DNA of 64,000 nt from Narcine bancroftii (Eukaryota). The notes beneath the pieces are model-generated. The model saw nothing but the letters and a program-made list of their open reading frames with translations, was not told the origin of the DNA and did not search any database. This document shows positions 22,566 through 36,719 of this stretch, in pieces. Where the stretch lies: the NCBI RefSeq assembly GCF_036971445.1, contig NC_091474.1, positions 28,892,001 to 28,956,000 on the forward strand, written 5' to 3'. The stretch's first letter is position 1. Each line of letters opens with the position of its first letter. The position numbers and the translations under genes were made by a program.

Positions 22566-24949
22566 AATGTGAAGAAAACTACGGTTAAACAGTACAAGAG
22601 CATAATCTTTTTCCAATGTGGGGTCCATTTAAGAGTCTGATATGAGTCTTTATCACAGTCTCTGCAAAATTTGAGATGAATCTGCGGGAGGTTATATTTA
22701 CCAATGAGGGATCCACTAAGAGTCTGATTATAACAGGAACAAAACTTTCCTCGATTTGAAGGTTTGTGTTTTTGAGCAGGTGTATCTTCTGTCAAACAGA
22801 AAGCGGAAAATGTGCATATGACCAGTGAGAGATGGGTCTTTTAATCTGTTGGCCACTTTCCTGAGACAGGAAGCAGAGTAGATGGAGTTGATGGAGGGAG
22901 GAGCGGCAAACTGCTGTAATAGAAGCGCTGTCACTGGTGCAGGCCCAGGAGAGAGGAAACCAGGGATAAGCACTGCTCAGCAAGGTTCTACTGCCTGGTT
23001 CTTTTGTTGACCGCTTCGTACAGATTTTAAATGGCCTGTTAAAGGAGCCAACAATGTTTTTCTCTAAATCCACCAACTGCAGGTGCAGCCATCTTTGGTC
23101 TGTACCCGAAGATGCCCCTGTGCTGGGCAGTGTATCTCAAAGGGTTGCAGACTCCAGGGGAGCCCTAGACTGGCGCAGGCCACCAGAAATGGGGAGAACA
23201 TCCACCATTGAAAAGAAGTATAGGAGACAACCCCACAAGACAATGACCACAGCAGCAGACAGCAAGGGGCTCTGTGGTTGAAGGACCCACACAGGCTGTG
23301 GGCTGTTGGAGGCTGGCTGATGGAAGCCTGGCATCAAAACCAGGACTCAAGAGCGTGCTGAGGGTAAGAAGGGCTCCCTGAGGGCCTCGGGTGCTGAAGG
23401 CTTCCAGATTGTATCGGAGGTTTGGATCAGGAGCTCAGGTTGCCAACTGTTTGAACTGGAATCTACATGGCTGCAGAGGCAGCAGGAACACTGGGGGCGA
23501 ATCCTCAGACATTCGATGTCTCTGGGAGGACTCACTTTTGCTTCTCCTTCTCCTATTGTTAAGGCATTGGGCAATCTCGCCGTGACTCTTTATTTACCTT
23601 ACGGCAGACAGAAGTTGATTTATATCATGTATGTTATATTTCCTCTCTTGTCAGGAAGGTACAACAGCGACTACACTTCCTGAGAAGACTGAAGTGGGCA
23701 AGGCTACCAGCCACCATTCTACAGGAGCTCTATTGAGAGTGTCCTGGCCAGCTGCATCACAGTGTGGAATGGCTGCTGCAGATCAGAGGTCAATCCACAG
23801 GAATAAAGAGTGGAAGAAAGAATCACTGGAGTCTCCCCCCCCCACCACCATCAACGATCTATTGGGATCATTATCTGAAGAGACCCCTTCCACCCGCACA
23901 GAACATCAGAGCATCTTTCAGCTGCTCCCATTGGAGAAAAGATACAGGAGTATCAGAGCCAGCTTCTTCCCCCAGGCAGGAAGAATGTTGAACGACCAAA
24001 GGAACTGTTCCTCCTAAACTCTCATACTCACAAAATCATATTTATTTGTTTATATAGATTAAATATTTGTCCTGCATATGTATTGTTCATTTGAATGTGA
24101 GGTATGTGGTTGTGTGTCTGCGGCTTTTGCACCAAGGACCAGAGAAGGCTGTTTCGTGGTGTTGCACTTGTGCAATCAGATGTCAATAAATTTGACTACA
24201 TGACAACAAAAAGAACCTTGAACTTTTGGGTATGTGATGACCTGAACCACATTCACAACACTATGCAGCTTCTTGCAGTCCTGAGCGGAGCAGATCCTAT
24301 AACCACACTGTGGATGCATTTGGAACGGTGAAGGCAAGTGGAAAAACAGGGGCAAAGAACAATTAGCAGAATTATGTGGACCATAGCAAAACTCCAAACG
24401 AAGTTTTGCAGGAATCATTAATAGTACATCAGAGGGTTATCCATAAAAGGCTAGCCACTGGGTATGGTGGTCCCAGAGTAGTTTCTGGTTAGGATTGGGG
24501 TAGTTCAAAAGCCTGATAGCTGTTGAAAGCTGGGTCAAGGAGATACTGTATGTTTCATGGAGATTCTTAATCGAGCTGTTAATTCCAATAAATCTCTCCC
24601 ACCCCCTCAATATCCTGACATATTTCCAAAAGATACAAACAACAAATCACAGTGCAATAAAAGTGATCATTGATTACCTTTCTACTCTCTTTATAAATGC
24701 AAGAAACCTGAAGTGTGAATCCATTGCAAACCCTCTAATCTCCAGCTCCACACTAACATGCTGGCACATGTACCACGCTTCAGCAGATGCCAGGCACAAA
24801 CATGATGGCCCTGTCAGTGATGCACTGCCCCATTGAATTTGCCAACAGTTGCCTAGTACAAACATGGCAGCCATTGCTATGGTGCACACTCTCTCACCCC
24901 TCGATTTCCGGTTGCTGTCAGCAAACCCGATGCCTTGGCAGCTGAGTGA

Positions 24950-25465
24950 CGGCGGGGTCAGTGAGGGAGCACGGTGCGATTGGTGAAGGAGCACAGTGGG
25001 GTTGGTGAGGGAGTGCGGTGGGAATGGTGAGGGAGCGCGGTGAATGTGGTGAGGGAGTGTAGCGAGGATGGTGAGGGAGTGTGGTAGGGACAGTGAGGGA
25101 GTGCACGGGGACAGTGAGGAAGCATGGTGGGGATGGTGAGGGAGTGCGGCAGGGTCAGTGAGGGAGTGTGGGAGGGTTGATGAGGGAGCACAGTACGGAC
25201 AGTGAGGAAGTGCAGTGGGGTTGGTGAGGGAGCGCGGCGGGGACAGTGACGGGGTTGGTGAGGGAGTGCGGTGGGAATGGTGAGGGAGTGTGGCGGGGAC
25301 AGTGACGGAGCATGGCGGGGTTGGTGAGGGAGTGCGGTGGGGACAGTGAGAGAGTGCGGTGTTGGTGAGGGAATGTGGCAAGTGTGGTGAGGGAGCGTGG
25401 AAGGGACGGTGAGGGAGCGTGGTAGGGACAGTGAGGGAGCACGGCGAGTGTGGTGAGGGAGTGCC
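24950..25465. repeat. Degenerate ~20-bp minisatellite (GGTGAGGGAGTGCGGTGGG core)
   Basis: More than 20 recurrences of GTGAGGGAG at about 20-bp spacing. Confidence 0.85.
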
Positions 25466-27279
25466 ACAAAGGAGTTTTGGGGCTGGGGAGTGTTGTGGTG
25501 CAATGTTGAGGAAGTGCCTCTCGGGGTGGGAGGGTGGAGGGTTTGGTGGCCATGGTGCTGAGGGAGCGCTGCAAAGAAAATCACTGTTGAAATGAATGAC
25601 AGAGTCACTCCCTCCAGGTGGAAGGAACAGTAACTCTCCCCTGCAAACACTGCCTACTGACAGGCTGTGGGAGTTTTCATTTCTTCTGAGGTAGAAGACC
25701 ATTCAGCTCATCTCGTCTCTGCCATCTCTCAGAGCAATCCCATTCTCCCATATTTCCCTGCAACCTTGCTGTCAGGCAGCTGGGAATGCTCTGTGAGGAC
25801 GTATTCTGGTGGGGTGGCTGGGCCGGCTTGCCTACTGTCTGATGTACGTGGAACATCTCCCTGGTTCTTCGCGTTCTTGGCTGAATTCCTGCTGGAAGAA
25901 AGCTCTGAAGTAATTTGATTGAATACTAATAAAGGGAAGGAAATAACTGCTCTGCTCTCACATTGTAAGAATTGCTGAATTAACTCAGGAATTTAATGTA
26001 ATGCATCATGCTTAATTCAGATAAATTAAATTCACGATAAACAATCTTTGAGATTAGAATCAGCAAATAAGGTATTAATCAAAAAGAAATCAGCCTTAAC
26101 AAGGGATGCATTAACCAATTCTAAAGTAGGCAGTGGGCAGATGCTGGATCAGAGGGCTCTGACTGGGAGATCAGGGAACAAACAAAATAGGAGAATTCAA
26201 CTTCGATGGAGACAAGAGTTTTGGTGGCACATTCACCTGAGGACTGCTGTGGATGTGGGGTAGGATAGAAGAAAGGTTAACCATCTGCTTCCGCCCTGCA
26301 AGGGAGGATGGCTGTGAAATTTGAAATGCTGGAGGAACTCAGCCGGTCTCCTCAGCTTCCATAGGAGGTAAAGATATATAACCAACGTTTCGGGCATGAG
26401 AAGCAACTGGTGAAACTTTCATTCCCCTACATTAAATGTAATAGATTTGCTGTAATTGTTTATTTCCATATTCCCTCCCCGACCCTTCCAACCATGGGTC
26501 TGATAACTTTTACATGAGAAAGTGGGCAAAGATTAAAAGAGACAAGAAATACATTTTAAATAAATATTCACAGGTATGTTATGTAGGACTAGATGTTAAT
26601 ATCCCTTATTGCATTCCTGAGACGCCACCTGGACTCTGGCAACTAAGTGGTGGCTTCTTGTGGGTTATCAAGTGGGCCCCCTCCTTCCTTAGTGTTTTGC
26701 TGACAGACCCATGACACTTTTTAGTGCATAAAAAGTGACCTCCAATAGCGCAGGCAATCCCTTTGTGGTGTGGGAGCAGTCCCTGATCAGTGTAGCAATG
26801 GGAGAGTCAAGAGTCTGATTGTTGTTGAAAGAAACTGTTCTTGAACCGAGAGGTGCCAGTCTTCAGGCTTCTGTACCTTCCACCCGAAGGGAGAGTGAGA
26901 AGAGGTACTTGTGACCAGGGTGATGGGGGTCCTTTGTGATGATGTTTAATTAGGCATTTCATTATCACTGATCTTCTTTAGTCTGACGGTCTTTTTGTTG
27001 CCCAGAATGTGAAGGCTGTGTGCCGGATGAAGGTGGGGCAATGAGCAAGTGTTAATCATTCAGGATGCATGGAAAATCCCATGGCCTCTTGGAAGTGTTT
27101 GAAGTCAAATGGAAAAGATAATTGTGCGGAGTGCAAGAAGGCTGTCGGTTTGCCATCCTATACTGTATACTCCCACCTGACAAGGATTCCACATTGAACA
27201 CGTCCTCCCCAGCGACTTCACACTTTCGATCTTTGACACTTCAGTCAGGTCGAAAATATTTTTGCCTGAGGTGAAGTGG

Positions 27280-27943
27280 ATGGTGATGCTGGCAGTGGCG
27301 GGAGCACGTTGGGTGGAGACAGTTTGGGGTCCTGAGGCCAAGGGAGCTGAGTCGAGGCAGAGTGGACGGCGCCACTGGTGGCAGCAGAGAGAAGGACCTG
27401 TGGGCTGGAAGAAAAGGTAAAGGAGAAAATAAAGACCTATCTGGTGAGGCCGCTCAAACTTGTGGGCACAAAAAAAGGTCGGGTCTGAGGTGTCGGGTCT
27501 GGAGAACTCTAGGACCAGCACAGCCAGAGAGAATTCACGGGAAAGTAACATGGTAGGGCAGCCTGGAGTCAGAAAGTGAGGTGGAGGAGGAGGAAGAAGA
27601 AAAAGAGGAAGAACTAGGAAGTGTTACAGAGTTCTGTGTTGTGTATTGGCCTATGTATTGTGTGGTTTTATGTTAAAAAATGACAGTTTGCCTCAGAGAT
27701 CCAAAGTGAAGGTGGACTGCTGAGAGAGTGAGAGATGGACTGAGCATGTGCAGAAAATTATCTAAAAATTTCTGAACTTGGACGATAAACTACCACTGGG
27801 TGGTGCTGTGGAGTGGAAGAAGGCCCAGAGCATGAGTCATGGTCTAGAAGACAGTTTAGAATGTTGGGATTTCAAAAAGGATGAATATTCCAAAGGCAGC
27901 CAGAAGGATCCAGACCAAGCAACACAAGACAACTTCAAATTTT

Positions 27944-27984
<41 letters not shown>

Positions 27985-30900
27985 AATCTTTTGGCTTCAG
28001 TTTACCAAACAAACTGAATTTTGTTTATGACCTTTGCTTCGGTTGAGATCGAAGTTTTGTGAATCTTGTGTGTTTTGTGTTTGTTTTGTGTCTAAGTTTT
28101 TCTGTGGGCTGGTTGGAAATATAACTTAGACTTTAATTACATATGTTATATTTAGGCTGGGGTATTTATTAGTTTTACTCTGTTATAGAAATTTGCATAG
28201 TAACCAGTGGGCATTGTTATAAAAGGGGGGGATTTTGAATTAAAGTTTGAAGGGTGAATTTTTTTGTTAATAAAGTAATTGTTCATCTTTACCCCTGTGT
28301 GATAGGCCTTCTTTGTGGTTGCTGGTTTGATCTTGTAACAGAAGTAAAAGAAGGAGATAACAGGGAGGTGAAGGACAGATAAAGGGGGCAGAGAGCCTGA
28401 TGCCTTTTGCCAGACTGTCCAGATGAAAAAATCTTTGAAAACACTGGTGGCAGGGCAAGGGACAATCAAAGAAAGGTTGAATAATTTGACAGAAAGAGTA
28501 TCAGAAACAGAGGAGAGAAATGAAAGGGTGGAAGAACGATTGGATAGGAGGGAGAAAAAAATGGTTGTGTGGGAAAGGGATAGGTTAAGGATGTGGGAGA
28601 AGATAGATAACTTAAAAAACATCAGCAGGAGGAATACGGTTAAAATTGTGGGGGTGAAGGAGGGTACGGAGGGGAGAGACACAGTGGAGTTCCTGAAAAA
28701 GTGGATACCAGATATACTGGGGAGGGAACAAGTTGGAAATAACCTGGAAATAGAATGGTACCACTGGTCTCTCGCACCCTCCTGCCCAGGGCCAAACCAA
28801 TGGCCATGGGCCATTCTGATAAGGCTCTTTTGCTACCAGGATAGAGTGAGGATTTTACAGGTCACAACGGTGGGTGTGAAGGCAAAGGGGATGGGGTCTG
28901 GTGAAATATGAGGGAGGGAAGATTTTATTCTACCTGGACATAAGCATTGTGCTATTGAAGCACAGGATTGAATTTGACCTGGTTAAAAAGAGCCTAAAAC
29001 AAAAAGGAATCGAATTTACCCTCCTTCATCCAGCAACGCTGAAGATAGTTAGGCAAGAGGGGAAAGAAAGTTTTTTAAGGATCCAAGGGAAGCAATGGAT
29101 TTTGTAAGAACCCTGCCACTGTTTTGCGATTAAATGTAAATGTAAATAAGAGGGAAAGAGGGAATCGGGGAAAGATGGACTGTAAATATTATAATTGTGA
29201 GGAATACAAGGGGGGGGTTTTCTTTCATCGTGTTAATGTTTAAAGATGAATGTATATTATAAGTAAGAATGAATATGGGGAGTTCAATGAAAGGGAGGGA
29301 GATACAAGTGGTAGATGGGTGCATTGGGCATGTCTCAAAATGTGGGAGTTAATGGTGCTGAGGGGGAGAATCGTGATGATGCATTGTCAAATATGCTCAG
29401 AACTCTGAACACTTATGAATATTTACACCCCAAACTTTGATGACAAAAAATGTATATAGCATCTGAAGAGTGGGAGAATGCTTTGATTGGAGGGGATTTT
29501 AATTCTTGTCTGGATCAAAGAAGGTTACAAGGCCAAAGTGGTTACGTCTGCCCTAGCCTTTATGAACAAATTAAATCTCATCAATATCTGAAGAAGGCTG
29601 AATCAGACAACGTGATTTCTACATCAGAATTGATTGATTTTTATTTCATCAACCCAATTGGAGAGTAGGATAGTGGAAACTGAATATATGGCTCAACTAC
29701 TTTCTGACTATTCACCCTTGATTCTGACCATTACAATGCCAGATAAGCAGATAGATGGTGCCTGAATATGTTGCTGTTGAGAAGACTGGAATTTTGTACC
29801 TATCTTAGAGCTCAGAGAGAATTGTTCTGTAAGATGAAGTACCTCTTTACTGAGGATAACTTCCTAATATGGGACACATTGAAGGCTTATTTAAGGGATC
29901 AGATAAGAGCATCAAAAAGCAGCACATGAAGGAGATTAATGCTTTAGAACAGGAGATCATTCAACTGGAAAAAGATTGTCAAACAACAAGCACAGAAGAA
30001 AAATACAGGAATTTTATGAATAAAATGCTCAAATATAATATGTTGCAAACATATAAGATAGAAAATTTGATTTTAAGATATAGTCAGCAGTACTGTGAGT
30101 TGGGGGAGAGGGCCCACAAAGTCTTGTCCTGGTAAGAAGGGAGGAAGAGGTCTCAAGAACAATCAATGCAATTCAAACAGGGAAAGGCAAGATCTCCGAT
30201 AAGCCAAAATAAATAAATGAAACATTTAGAAGGTTTCATAAGGAATTGTATAAATCTGAGTCGGAGGTGATCCTACCAAAATAGATGATTTCTTACTTTC
30301 GTCGGAACTACCAAATTTGGATCAGTAAGAGTGAGAGGGGAAGTGTGCCCTTTTCTCTAAAGAGGAGATTGCATGGACCCTGAGCTCTTTGCAGGCTGGT
30401 AAACACCTGGGGAGGACAGTTTCCTTGTCAAATTTTATAGAGTTCAAAGGCCTTTTAATGCTCCTTCTTATGAAGGTGGTGGATCAGGCGGTGGAGGCAG
30501 ATACCATCCTGGAGTCTTTCTGCACAACACTCATCACAGTGATCCCAAAAAAAGAGGGGGACCCATTGAATCCCTCCTCATATAATCCCATCTCATTATT
30601 AAACACAGATTATAAAATAATTGCAAAAGCATTGACTAATAGATTGGCAGAATATTTGCTGAAACTAATGAATCCAGACCAGTCTGGATTTGTAGAAAGG
30701 AGACAATCAGCAAGCAACATAGCTAAATTGCTTAATATAGTTCATCTGGTCTAGTTGGGGGAGGATCCAGGAGTGGCCATAGATTTGGATATGGAAAAGG
30801 CCTTTGACAGATTGGAGTGGGACTTTCTGTTCAAGGTACTGGAGAAATTTGGATTGGGTCAAACATTTATTAATTGGGTGAGAACACTTTAAACCCCAAA

Positions 30901-32500
30901 CAAATATTATTACAAATGGGCAGTGTTTCCAGTGTTCCCATTGAACAGGTCCAGTGGGCAGGGCTTCCATTGTCCCCATTGCTGTTCATTCTGTCAATTG
31001 AGCCATTGGCGGAAGCCATTTGGTGAGATTCAAACATAAAGGGGTTCAGGGTGGGCCAGAAGGAACATAAATCAACTTTTTCGCTGATGATGTGTTAGTA
31101 TATTTGACAGATTCCAGGGGGGCGGGGAGTCTTTACCCAGTCTAAGGACTACACTGAAGGATTATGGGAAGGTCTCTGAATATAAGATAAATCTGGATAA
31201 AAGTTAGATTATGCCTTTGATGAATGGGGACTGTAGACAATGTCAACTGAGAAGTCAATTTAAATATCTGGAGATAAAAGTGGACAAAGATTTGTACAAC
31301 TACCTCCCTTTGCTCTGGAAGATTGAGGAGGACTTTGGCAGATGGAGGATTCTGCCCATAACACTGGGCACAGTGGGCAGAGTTAACCTTGTCAGAATGA
31401 AGGTGATGCCAAGGCTCTAGTATCTATGCTCTCCAGAATGAAAGTGAAAAACCAGGTTTACAGAAATTGAGAGAGAGAAGGGAGTCAGATCTAGGTGTTG
31501 CAATAATGTAAAGAAGTTGGTCTGATTGGTGTTCGGATAGCATGACATCAATTATAAATGTAAGATATGATTAGTGCAATATAATTATATCTAACACCAC
31601 AGAATTTGCATAAATCAAAATCTGAAATATTGGAAATGTGCTTTAGGTGTGGGACAGAAATAGGAATATTTTTACATACTACATGGTCGTGTGTGAAGGT
31701 AAGACCTTTCTGGCAGGATATTATTGAAACATTAACAAGGATAACAGGGGTGGCCTTTGCGGATGACCCGGAGTTTTATCTTTTGGGTAATTTTATTAAA
31801 ATAAGCAATAAATTAACTAAATTCCAAATTTAGCCTTAGAAAAAGAAATTTAATACAATTACTTTGAAATCCAACTCCCCTCTACAGACAGCACGATGGA
31901 CTGCTGAGATGAATAGTTGTATACTTATGGAAAAAATAACATTCAACTTAAAGAACAAATATGACATATTTATTAAGACATTGCAGCCATATTTGAATCA
32001 TATAGGGGCCAAACTATAACTACAATAATAAAAAGGACAATAACAAATGCTGCTGTAATATAAACAGAAGTGACTTCCCCATGTAGAATTTTTGAAGTTC
32101 AATGAAAATGTGAGCCCTGATGGTGTGTGGATTTATACTGAAAAGGGAGTGGGGAAAGGTTGTTTTGTTTAATTTGTTTTTTATAGATATATTTAATATT
32201 GAAGAGTTTTTCTATGTATATTTATGGAAAGAAAAAACAAAAATAATTTTTTTTTCAAAAGTAGGACATGGCTCAGGCGACGTGTTTTTTCAGTTTTGTT
32301 TTGAGTTTTTTTACCTTTTTAATTTAATTTAATTGTTTTAATGTAATTTAATTGACTACTTTCAATTATATGAACATGGGGGGCTGTGTGGAGGTAGGTG
32401 GGATAAATACAGACTCTGTGTTACATGAAGGTTAAAAAAATTATATGGTTTGAATTTTACAAGTCTATGAAAATTAAAATAAAATAATTTTTAAAAGTAT
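27280..32500 (+). mobile_element. Near full-length degenerate L1-clade LINE (ORF1 + ORF2)
   Basis: ORF1 peptide IDNLKNISRRNTVKIVGVKEGTEG...LEIE at 28423-29107; EN motif IGGDFN at about 29484; RT peptides YNPISLLNTDYKIIAKALTNRL, DQSGFV and FADD; CFRCG...HTTWSC at 31606-31833; many stops. Boundaries approximate. Confidence 0.85.
27622..28340 (+). mobile_element. Solo LTR (about 719 bp) inserted in L1 ORF1
   Basis: Termini TGTTACA...TGTAACA, 4-bp TSD GAAG (27618-27621, 28341-28344), AATAAA near 28269; a homologous copy starts at 63622 in reverse orientation. Confidence 0.88.
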
Positions 32501-32921
32501 TTTTGAAAGGTTGCACATTTACAACGTTCACCACACAGATGATATATATCCCCACATGCCAGGTCTCAAACAGTTGGGCATCATCAAGTACAAAATCATT
32601 GCCAATTGAACTATGCTAATATATGCAGATTGTCTTTCTTATTTAATTGTTCGGCATACTCCTTAAAATATTTGAAAATCAACAAATCTGCAGACATCTT
32701 AAACAAAACAAAATGATGGAAGCATTCAGCAGATCAGTTAACTGAGCAAATCTCTGTAAGCTCAGAATCAATAGGAATGAGTGGATGTCTTCTGCCTCGA
32801 TTTCCAGAAGGTGTTTGGTATGTTGCTGCATCAAAGGCTATTGTGGAAAATAAAACCTCATGGTGCTGTAGGTAAAGTTGGTATGCAAGGAAGATTGGCC
32901 GACTAATAAAATGGTCTGAAT

Positions 32922-33291
32922 TCTTTCTTTCTTCTTTCTTCTTCTTTGGCTTGGCTTCGCGGACGAAGATTTATGGAGGGGTAAAAGTCCACGTCAGCTG
33001 CAGGCTCGTTTGTGGCTGACAAGTCCGATGCGGGACAGGCAGGCACGGTTGCAAGGGAAAATTGGTGGGTTGGGATTTGGTGTTGGGTTTTTCCTCCTTT
33101 GCCTTTTGTCAGTGAGGTGGGCTCTGCGGTCTTCTTCAAAGGAGGTTGCTGCCCACCGAACTGTGAGGCGCCAAGATGCACGGTTGGAGGCAAGATCAGC
33201 CCACTGGCGGTGGTCAATGTGGCAGGCACCAAGAGATTTCTTTAAGCAGTCCTTGTACCTCTTTGGTGCACCTCTGTCTCGGTGGCCAGTG
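32922..33291 (-). mobile_element. Short 5'-truncated RTE LINE
   Basis: Peptide TGHRDRGAPKRYKDCLKKSLG...SRIGLVSHKRACS and (GAA/GAAA)n tail. Confidence 0.92.
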
Positions 33292-33439
33292 GTTGGGTAT
33301 ATATAACAAGTGGGGCATCGCCTCAACTTTGTCCATTTTGTGTAAATGAAGGCGCTGAAGGTGAAGAGGTTTAACTTTACTGATGATACGAAGGGAGACA
33401 GGAAAGTAAAGGGGGCTGCAAGGGGCAAATGGGGAAAAT

Positions 33440-34500
33440 CAAAAGCATATTGTTTGAATGCCCATTTGATCTAGAGCCCAAGAAGGGAACATTTTAGTGA
33501 GAGTGACTACAAATCCCTGAGCTTTAGAATAGCTACAGATAAGGATAAAAGCAGACAAAATGGGGAAGTGTTTAATTGAGGAAGAGCTAATTATGATGGG
33601 ATGAGGCGGGAACTAGCAAGAGTAAATTGGAAAATAATGTTCACGGGTGAAGGGACAGAACTAATGTAGAGGAAGTTTAGGGACCAATTGTGCAGGGTTC
33701 AAGATAGGTTTGTCTCACTGGGACAGGGAAAAGATGGTAGGAAAAGGGATCTGTGATTGACCAAACAGCTGAGATATCTAGTCAAGAGGAAGAAGGAAGC
33801 AGGAAATATGAAGTATATGGTAGCCAGGAAGGAGCTGAAGAAAGGACTTAGAAGGGCTTGAAAGGGGCATGAGAAGGCCTAGGCATGTAGGATTAAGAAG
33901 AACCCTAGGGCACAGGAGTATAATGTGCGGCTTTACAGTCGCGTATTGTGGCCATCTGAAAGTGGCTTATGTGTATGTGAAGAACAGGATGACAAGAATG
34001 AAGGTGAAGCCGATAAAGGAGGCAACTGGCCTGGAGGCTGAAGAGGTTGGGGAGGTCCAAAATCAATACTTCAGTATTCACAAGAGAAAAGGACCTTGAT
34101 CAAGGAGAGGTGGGAACAGAATAGGCCTGTGTGCTGGACAATGTGGAGATTAAGGAAAAGAAAGTGTTGGATCTTCTTAAAAACGTCAAGATTGATAAGT
34201 CCCTGGGACCGGACCTGATAAACACAAGGTTGCTGTGGGAAGTGAGAGAAGAGATAGCTGGAGCATTAACTATGATCTTTCAATCCTCTCTGACCACAGG
34301 AGAGGTGCCGGAGGATTGGAGAATGGAAAATGTAACATCCATAGTTTTTATAAAAATGTAATAGGGAGAATCCTGGGAATTACAGACCTGTGAGTCTTGC
34401 GTCAGTTGTGTGCAAACTACTTAAGAGTGTGGATGAACAAAGGGACCTTGGGAAAGCCTATGGGATGCTTGGCTTCATAATAGTTCAAGAGTCGAGAGGT
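33440..34500 (+). mobile_element. CR1 LINE ORF2 fragment (EN-RT linker), degenerate
   Basis: Peptide VLDLLKNVKIDKSLGPDLINTRLLWEVREEIAGALTMIFQSSLTTGEVPEDWRMENV; homologous to 55470-55790 and 62450-63245. Confidence 0.85.
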
Positions 34501-35668
34501 CATGTTGCAAATCTCATGCACTGGACTGGAACAGGCTACAGAGAGTTGTCAACTCGGCCAGTGCCACCATGGGCACTCAAGAAAGCAGCCTCTGTCCTTC
34601 AGGACCCTCACCACCCAGGCCATGCCCTTTCTCACAGGACCCTGAAGAGAAATGGTACAGAAACAGCTTCTTCCCCTCCACCATCAGATTTCTGAACTGA
34701 CAATGAACCACAGATGCTACTTCACTTTTTATCTCTTTTGCTCTGATTTTTTAAATTCCTGTAGTTTATTTACAGAGATGTCGTTTATAGCGATTTTTTG
34801 CACCTGTAAAGCACAATACTGCTGCCACAAAATAACGAACTTTGTGACACATGTTCATTATGCTAAATTCTGATTGTGAATTCTGTGAGACGGAATAGTT
34901 GATTTACATCCTCTACTTCACTTTGGATGACTGCCGTGAAAACATGTGGTCTAGCTCCACGGTGGCATTTCCACCTGTTTTCTAAGAGTTTGGAAATGCA
35001 GTTCTTGTGCTCGGATATGACTAATGACATTGTGTGTGTGCACCAACATATTTTGTACATGGTGTCAGAACATTGCCAGCTCAACTGAACCACAGTCCTC
35101 TTATCTACTGCTGCCATTGGTTTCCATAGAAAGATATCGAGTGCAGGGGCGTTTCCATTTGAACTGAGCGCTTATGATAAAACGAAACAAGGAGTTTTTA
35201 CCATGATTTATTCTTGTCGAATGAATCAACCTCCAAGGAGGCCATATAATCTGTGAGGCCCATGCTGCAGCCGAAAGGAGCTTTCCAAGTACCCTGTTTT
35301 CCCCTCACCCTTTCCTACAGTCTGCACCTTTTTCTTTTTTGGAGAATTTAAACAGTTTCAGCTTGAATTTGCTTCCAGGTAAAGTACAAAGTAATATATA
35401 TTTAAGAGGTGACATTGGGAGATGGAAGAGGCGCGGTGACTTTGCAGAGTGGCAGGACTGTAGGCTGGGAAAGGCTGAACCATGGGAGGGAAAGCAGGGT
35501 TAACATTTGTTGGGCCATGCATCCCACAAGCAATGGCGATCAGGGCCTGTGCTGGTCAGGATGTTGTCCACTGACTCAGGTGAAGGATTCCACACCCATC
35601 CGAGGGGGTGTGTCGCTGTTGCCTGCTGTTGATCTTCACTGAACCTCTTTTTCCCCTTCTTGTTACAG

Positions 35669-35743
35669 GAGGATAAGCTCAATGCTCCGGTGAAGGTAGC
35701 AGGAGTTACCATGGAACCCTTCTGGCCGGGATTGTTTGCCAAG
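35669..35743 (+). CDS. RPLP1: RPLP1-like exon 2 (75 nt)
   Basis: ttcttgttacag|GAGGATAAG...TTTGCCAAG|gtactg; compare human [25 protein letters not shown]. Confidence 0.85.
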
Positions 35744-36476
35744 GTACTGCACGCGATCATCAACCATTTGTCAGGGTGTAGAAATTTACAGCACAGTAAT
35801 GTAAACTTAGCCCAGGCTTTGCTTCCTCGTAGGACAGGGAGATGTTCCACATCAGCCTGGATCACTGGAAATTTGGAAGTGGGGTGGAGAGTCCATCAGT
35901 TAATTAGGGACAATAGTTTGCAACAGCTAGCAGGCACTTGAACATCCCCATACAAGCCAGTAACGACTCCAGGACAACCAAAAGATCTGTCTGGAACATC
36001 AGAGTTTGCACTCATTGCAACTGTGAATATATATTTATCCCTGCTTTTATATTTATTATCTTGCTTTCTGTCCTGGTATATTTTAATTCACTGTTCTGGT
36101 TGGTGTGGTTGCAGCAGGCAAGAATTTCAGCAACATTTACATTGTACTTATTTGTATGACAATAAAATCTCATTTAAAATTTTTCCTCTGATCCTTGATC
36201 AACTAACACATGGAAAAACTCATTGAATTTTGGGAGATCATGCTGCTAACGTTTGAAGTAAATACCCAAGGAACTTGTGAGGGTTATGAGTTGGAGTTTG
36301 AGTACTGAGCTGGCGGGGTCGGAATAAACGGGGAAGAAGGGCCAAATTACCAGAGGCTGCTTGGCCACTGAGTGGTGGCTGGGAAGGGAGTTGTGGATCC
36401 TTTGATTAACCCTGGCAGCGATCTCACCTGATCTGAGTGGATCTAATTGGGCTTCATGCTTGTGTTTCACCCACAG

Positions 36477-36591
36477 GCTCTGAGCAAAGTGAACATTGTC
36501 AGCCTGATCTGTTACATCGGGGCTGGTGGTCCTGAGCCCCTCTGTGCTTCCTCACATGGTTCTGCAGCTGGGGCCTATATAGCTGCTGATG
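36477..36591 (+). CDS. RPLP1: RPLP1-like exon 3 (115 nt)
   Basis: cacccacag|GCTCTGAGC...GCTGATG|gtaagt; ALSKVNIVSLICYIGAGGP versus human ALANVNIGSLICNVGAGGP. Confidence 0.82.
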
Positions 36592-36719
36592 GTAAGTCTG
36601 TGCCTTTAACCCTGCTTCAGGGAACCGGTTAGACTGTCCTATTGCACAGAAGCTTTAGTAATGGATGTTAGTGACCAACCCACTGGCCTGACGTACAATG
36701 GGACACCATGTCCTGTCAG

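Noticed and set aside
24674-25702. 342-aa His/Pro-rich ORF ending at a donor-like AG|GTAAT
   Set aside because: Mostly minisatellite translation; the unique part resembles no protein I recognise.
34880-35400. Candidate RPLP1 exon 1 or TOP promoter (ATCTACTGCTGCC, CCTTTCC motifs)
   Set aside because: No frame gives a convincing MASVSELACIYSALIL match followed by a donor.
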